Below are positions 55,419 to 58,740 of a stretch of DNA of 58,740 nucleotides, one piece after another. The number at the start of each line of letters is the position of its first letter. The first letter of the stretch is position 1. This DNA is from a virus (taxonomy: Duplodnaviria; Caudoviricetes): positions 1-58,740 of the IMG/VR virus record IMGVR_UViG_3300046170_000273. The stretch is one strand, 5' to 3'. The translations under genes were made by a program, and so were the position numbers. Under the pieces are notes generated by a model. That model saw only the letters and a program-made list of their open reading frames with translations. It searched no databases and was not told where the DNA came from.

Positions 55419-56327
55419 TTAAGCACCTGGTGATGCAAAAATACCTCTAGGGTCTGATACGCCAAATACGTATCTTTCTCTAGCTTTGTATCTTACGTTT
55501 CCAGTATCGAAATCGCCTTCCATTTTAGTAGTCAATGGAGCTCTTTCCATATGCTTCATACCATTTGGTACGTCTGTAGTGATGTAGAACGCATCTGTGT
55601 CAGTTAAATAGTGGTTAACTGTGTATCCACCAGGAACCATTCCCATAGATACAAGTGCGTTAATATCATTATCAGCAGTTCCAACTCTTTGTGAAGACTT
55701 CATAAGTCTTTCAGCAGTGAATTGTAGTGCAGATGGAATGATCATCTTCACAGCTTTCGCAGCGATCTTTAAACCTCTTTCATCAGTAAGCGCAGCAATG
55801 TCAATCATTGATTGCTCTAATGAAGTTTCGTTTAAGTCCGCAGCTGTTGCCAATGTATTACTGAAAGTTCCAGAAATAGTTGGGTGCGAAGCGTTGAAAA
55901 GAGATACACCATCACCTGAAGTGAATGTTAAACCTGGTAAACCATTGTTTAACGGTGCAGCTGCTTTAACTTGTTTAGTTTGAGCCATAGATCTTGCTAA
56001 AGCTTTTGTATATCTAGACGCAAGTCTGTCATACAAATTGTCCTCAATAGCTTCTTCAGTGATAGCAAACCCAAGAGCAATTGTCTCGTGTGTGTATCTA
56101 GCTGTGAAAGTTTCTTGAGCACTGTCGTAAGTTACGCCAGAACCTTCTGGTTTAACTTGTGCTTGAGCGAAACCTGATAACATAACTTCTTCTTCAAAAG
56201 CTCTGTCAGATGACTCAGTTGTGTATATTTCAGCATGTTCTTGTTCATACTGTTTATACTCCAGGCCGAATAGTGCATTCAATCCTGGCTCTAGTTCTTT
56301 AACTAGTTGATTACGTGATATAGCCAT
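55419..56327 (-). CDS. Major capsid protein
   Basis: MAISRNQLVKELEPGLNALFG, KARERY.FG..DPR; follows scaffold. Confidence 0.92.
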   Translation of the reverse strand: MAISRNQLVKELEPGLNALFGLEYKQYEQEHAEIYTTESSDRAFEEEVMLSGFAQAQVKPEGSGVTYDSAQETFTARYTHETIALGFAITEEAIEDNLYDRLASRYTKALARSMAQTKQVKAAAPLNNGLPGLTFTSGDGVSLFNASHPTISGTFSNTLATAADLNETSLEQSMIDIAALTDERGLKIAAKAVKMIIPSALQFTAERLMKSSQRVGTADNDINALVSMGMVPGGYTVNHYLTDTDAFYITTDVPNGMKHMERAPLTTKMEGDFDTGNVRYKARERYVFGVSDPRGIFASPGA

Positions 56328-56342
56328 AATTATATACTCCTA

Positions 56343-56915
56343 TTATATCCCTGCTACGTTATTTCCTAAGATATGCTCATTGATAATAACTCTAAGAGCA
56401 AAGCCCTCAGCAGTAGTATCAGAATGATTCGGATCTCTAGAAACACCTAGTATTTTAAGTTGAGCAATAGAAGCACTTGTTGTAGCCGAAATTTTTGATT
56501 TCGAAATGAACAACGGAGTAGTTCCTACTGCTGCGACCTGGTCAGCACATCCACCAACTTCATTTTGGTTGAATGCAGTGTCCGCAGACATGATTTCATA
56601 AACCTGTCTAGGGTCGTCGTTTACGAATGCAACAATATCAGTAGCAGTGTTACTTGCTTTTGAAAAGTTTGCAAACGTTGGTTTGTTTGTGTCGGCATCA
56701 GTATAGAAAACGCCATTCAGTGTACCCAGATTATTTGCATCTGTGTTTCCTGAAGCGAGTACAACACCATCCGCAGTTAATTGCACCATTGCTGCGTGCG
56801 AAATTAAAGCAGAAGAAGCTGCAACGCTGTACTCTGTAAGAGCACCTACGTTATCTGTCTGACCAACTTTTTTAATGGGTCTCAAACCGAACCCAGTTGT
56901 TGACGCGTTAGCCAT
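56343..56915 (-). CDS. Minor capsid/cement protein
   Basis: FGLRP...DDP...INEH; directly upstream of MCP. Confidence 0.7.
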   Translation of the reverse strand: MANASTTGFGLRPIKKVGQTDNVGALTEYSVAASSALISHAAMVQLTADGVVLASGNTDANNLGTLNGVFYTDADTNKPTFANFSKASNTATDIVAFVNDDPRQVYEIMSADTAFNQNEVGGCADQVAAVGTTPLFISKSKISATTSASIAQLKILGVSRDPNHSDTTAEGFALRVIINEHILGNNVAGI

Positions 56916-56932
56916 ACGTTTTCTCCTTAAAT

Positions 56933-56959
56933 GTACCTGCCCTTTCAGGCCTCCAGTAC
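56933..56959 (-). promoter_or_regulatory. Leader hairpin before the cement-protein RBS
   Basis: GTAC-TGGAG-GCCT-GAAA-GGGC-AG-GTAC, then AAGGAG. Confidence 0.45.
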
Positions 56960-56992
56960 GGTTAATTCGCTGGTTTCGGAATTGTTAAAAAA

Positions 56993-57490
56993 TTAACTTT
57001 TCTTTGAACCACCGAAGGTTACACGAGTATCTCTATCAACATTGATAGGCATACTCTTATGCTGTTCCTTCGCAAGATCGGCGTCTATTGCAGCCTGCTG
57101 ATCCTGTGCCTGTCTGGCATAGTATTCAGTTCTTTGCTGCGCGATCTCCTCTGGTACCCTTGTCAGCACAAGGCCTCCGTGCCCGATAACCCCTGCGTAT
57201 TTGCCATCTGCGATAGTTGGAAAGTCCTCTTCGGGATATTCATCTGATCTTACTAACTCATACCCTGACCTTAAGCGTCCTTGTATGTTTTTCGTATCAA
57301 CGAATCCTAGGATTTCTGTTCTGACCCATCTGTGTCTATATCCATTTGGCGCGTTGGGCGTATCTAAGTACGATGGTGGAGTCCAAACTTTCGGTCTCTC
57401 TTGTGGAGCTACCGTTTTTGCTTGTGCTTCAACTTTTGTCGAATCACTTTTCTTTGCTTGGCTCGCACGAGTTGGTTGTTCTTTTTTCAT
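56993..57490 (-). CDS. Conserved head-module protein
   Basis: WTPPS.L..P...GYRHRWVR...GGLVL. Confidence 0.75.
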   Translation of the reverse strand: MKKEQPTRASQAKKSDSTKVEAQAKTVAPQERPKVWTPPSYLDTPNAPNGYRHRWVRTEILGFVDTKNIQGRLRSGYELVRSDEYPEEDFPTIADGKYAGVIGHGGLVLTRVPEEIAQQRTEYYARQAQDQQAAIDADLAKEQHKSMPINVDRDTRVTFGGSKKS

Positions 57491-57494
57491 ATGC

Positions 57495-58502
57495 CTATAC
57501 CTCCTTCGTGTTCATAAGTTGTTTCGCATATTCTTCTAGTGGCACACCTAATTTTTTAGCAATTGCTACTTGAGATGATGTGAGTCTCACTGATTTACGA
57601 CTAGTCTTTGAACTACGCGTTGCAGAGGCAACGGTCTGTGTAGGTTTACTAACCGGTTTGTCCATAGGTTTATCAAATTTATGCGGAAATTCCAACCTAA
57701 TTCTTTTGTCTATTTCCGTATAATATTCGCTTGACCTAGGGTCAATTCCTTCTTCTTCGGTAAGTTTTCTATGCAAATCAAACGCTGTATACGTCATTGC
57801 ACTGTCTTTACCGAACCACTCATTATTACTAGCCCAATCTTCTGCCCTTGGATCTGGCGGAGTTTGAGCCTGTGCTTGTGGTTGTTGATATAATGGTTGT
57901 TCAACAGGTTTTTCTTTAGATGCTGTTTCTTGCATCTGATGCTGGGTTTTTAATTCAGCTAATTTACCCTGTTCATAACCAAGTTGAGATATAGAAGCTA
58001 AAGCTTCTGTCTCAGCTTTAGGGTCTTCATTCTGTCTAGCAGCTCTTAGTTTTTCTTGAGCCGCTGCAATAGAAGAAGTGATTCTACCTTCCATTTCTGC
58101 AACATAATTTTTATCTAAAGAATCTGCTGTAGTTTTAAACTTGTCTCTTTCCTGTTTAATACTTTCAGCAAAACGTAAAGCTTCTTCTTTTTGTCTTTCA
58201 GCTTCACGCATTCTTTTCGTTAATTTAGCTATTCGCTTTTTAACGCCTTCAGAATACTCTTCAATTTGCTTAGTGTTGTCTTCTTGTTTATCACTTGTTT
58301 CGCTATCAGACTGCTGTACAGATTTCTCAGATGAGTCATCGGCGCTACCACCGTCTTCAAGCTTTGTTTCACGTTCGTTTTCATATGTTTTGTCCTCTTG
58401 TGGTTGTTCTGCAACCTCTTCTGTTTTTTCTTCTGGCAATTGAATATCTACTTCGGGACCGGAAGTATCAATATCAACTGTTTTCTTTTCTTCTTCTTGC
58501 AT
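57495..58502 (-). CDS. Capsid scaffolding protein
   Basis: Acidic N-terminus, coiled coil, W...N.WF, C-terminal AKKLGVPLEEYA. Confidence 0.75.
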   Translation of the reverse strand: MQEEEKKTVDIDTSGPEVDIQLPEEKTEEVAEQPQEDKTYENERETKLEDGGSADDSSEKSVQQSDSETSDKQEDNTKQIEEYSEGVKKRIAKLTKRMREAERQKEEALRFAESIKQERDKFKTTADSLDKNYVAEMEGRITSSIAAAQEKLRAARQNEDPKAETEALASISQLGYEQGKLAELKTQHQMQETASKEKPVEQPLYQQPQAQAQTPPDPRAEDWASNNEWFGKDSAMTYTAFDLHRKLTEEEGIDPRSSEYYTEIDKRIRLEFPHKFDKPMDKPVSKPTQTVASATRSSKTSRKSVRLTSSQVAIAKKLGVPLEEYAKQLMNTKEV

Positions 58503-58519
58503 AGTATCTCCTATGATTG

Positions 58520-58740
58520 TTAAAATTCGTGGAATATATCTTGAGGGTCTTCCACGGTTGCTAAAACTTCATCGTCGTTTAGAAGTCTTATCTCACCCCC
58601 ATCTATTTTAATTCGTGATCCAGCATATCTTGCAAAGATAATCCAATCACCTTTTTTACACCATGGTCCTTCTGGGTATCTTTCTTTATCATAGCAGTGC
58701 GGACCCATTCTTAAAACTAAACCACAAGTTGATGCTACTT
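58520..58740 (-). CDS. groES: Co-chaperonin GroES, C-terminal part
   Basis: KKGDWIIFARYAG..IKIDG.E.RLLNDDEVLA. Confidence 0.9.
   Translation of the reverse strand, partial: VASTCGLVLRMGPHCYDKERYPEGPWCKKGDWIIFARYAGSRIKIDGGEIRLLNDDEVLATVEDPQDIFHEF

Noticed and set aside
1590-58504. Many antisense or alternate-frame ORFs in the track (e.g. 31955..32614+, 42498..43031+, 46498..47052-, 55621..55983+, 13857..14270-)
   Set aside because: They shadow well-supported genes, lack SDs and reflect codon bias or Gly-rich repeats.

Overview
The window is a complete, circularly permuted ~58.7-kb AT-rich tailed-phage genome. The GroES gene reads in frame across the window ends on the minus strand (214->1, then 58740->58520). 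Gene content points to a marine podovirus, most likely a SAR11/Pelagibacter phage of the uvMED/HTVC023P type (recognised from memory, not searched). It encodes a portal, TerL, a separate TerS, a 302-aa major capsid protein, scaffold, P22-gp10-like tail protein, three Gly-rich fibres, four 2OG-Fe(II) oxygenase-fold genes, several ejection-type proteins, an M15 endolysin, family-A DNA polymerase (Leu762 type), AEP primase, UvrD and SNF2 helicases, SSB, a PD-(D/E)XK exonuclease and a LAGLIDADG ORF. No integrase, tRNA or CRISPR array was seen. Most unusual signals: (1) a putative early region between terL and terS built from cassettes, each headed by the quasi-palindrome GGGTGGGCCCTCCC, strand-polar CAAGC repeats and a sigma70 promoter; (2) a recurrent [F/Y/M/K]-x-x-GG peptide tag in about 8 virion/internal proteins, plus a lambda-gpH-C-terminal-like module, suggesting a capsid cargo targeting or processing code; (3) several unassigned structured RNAs, including a double-pseudoknot leader that pairs with a Shine-Dalgarno; (4) an ATTGTACC iteron cluster; (5) a TRGGAT operator regulon, leaderless genes and a CTG-start nuclease. 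Several frameshifts look like homopolymer sequencing errors.
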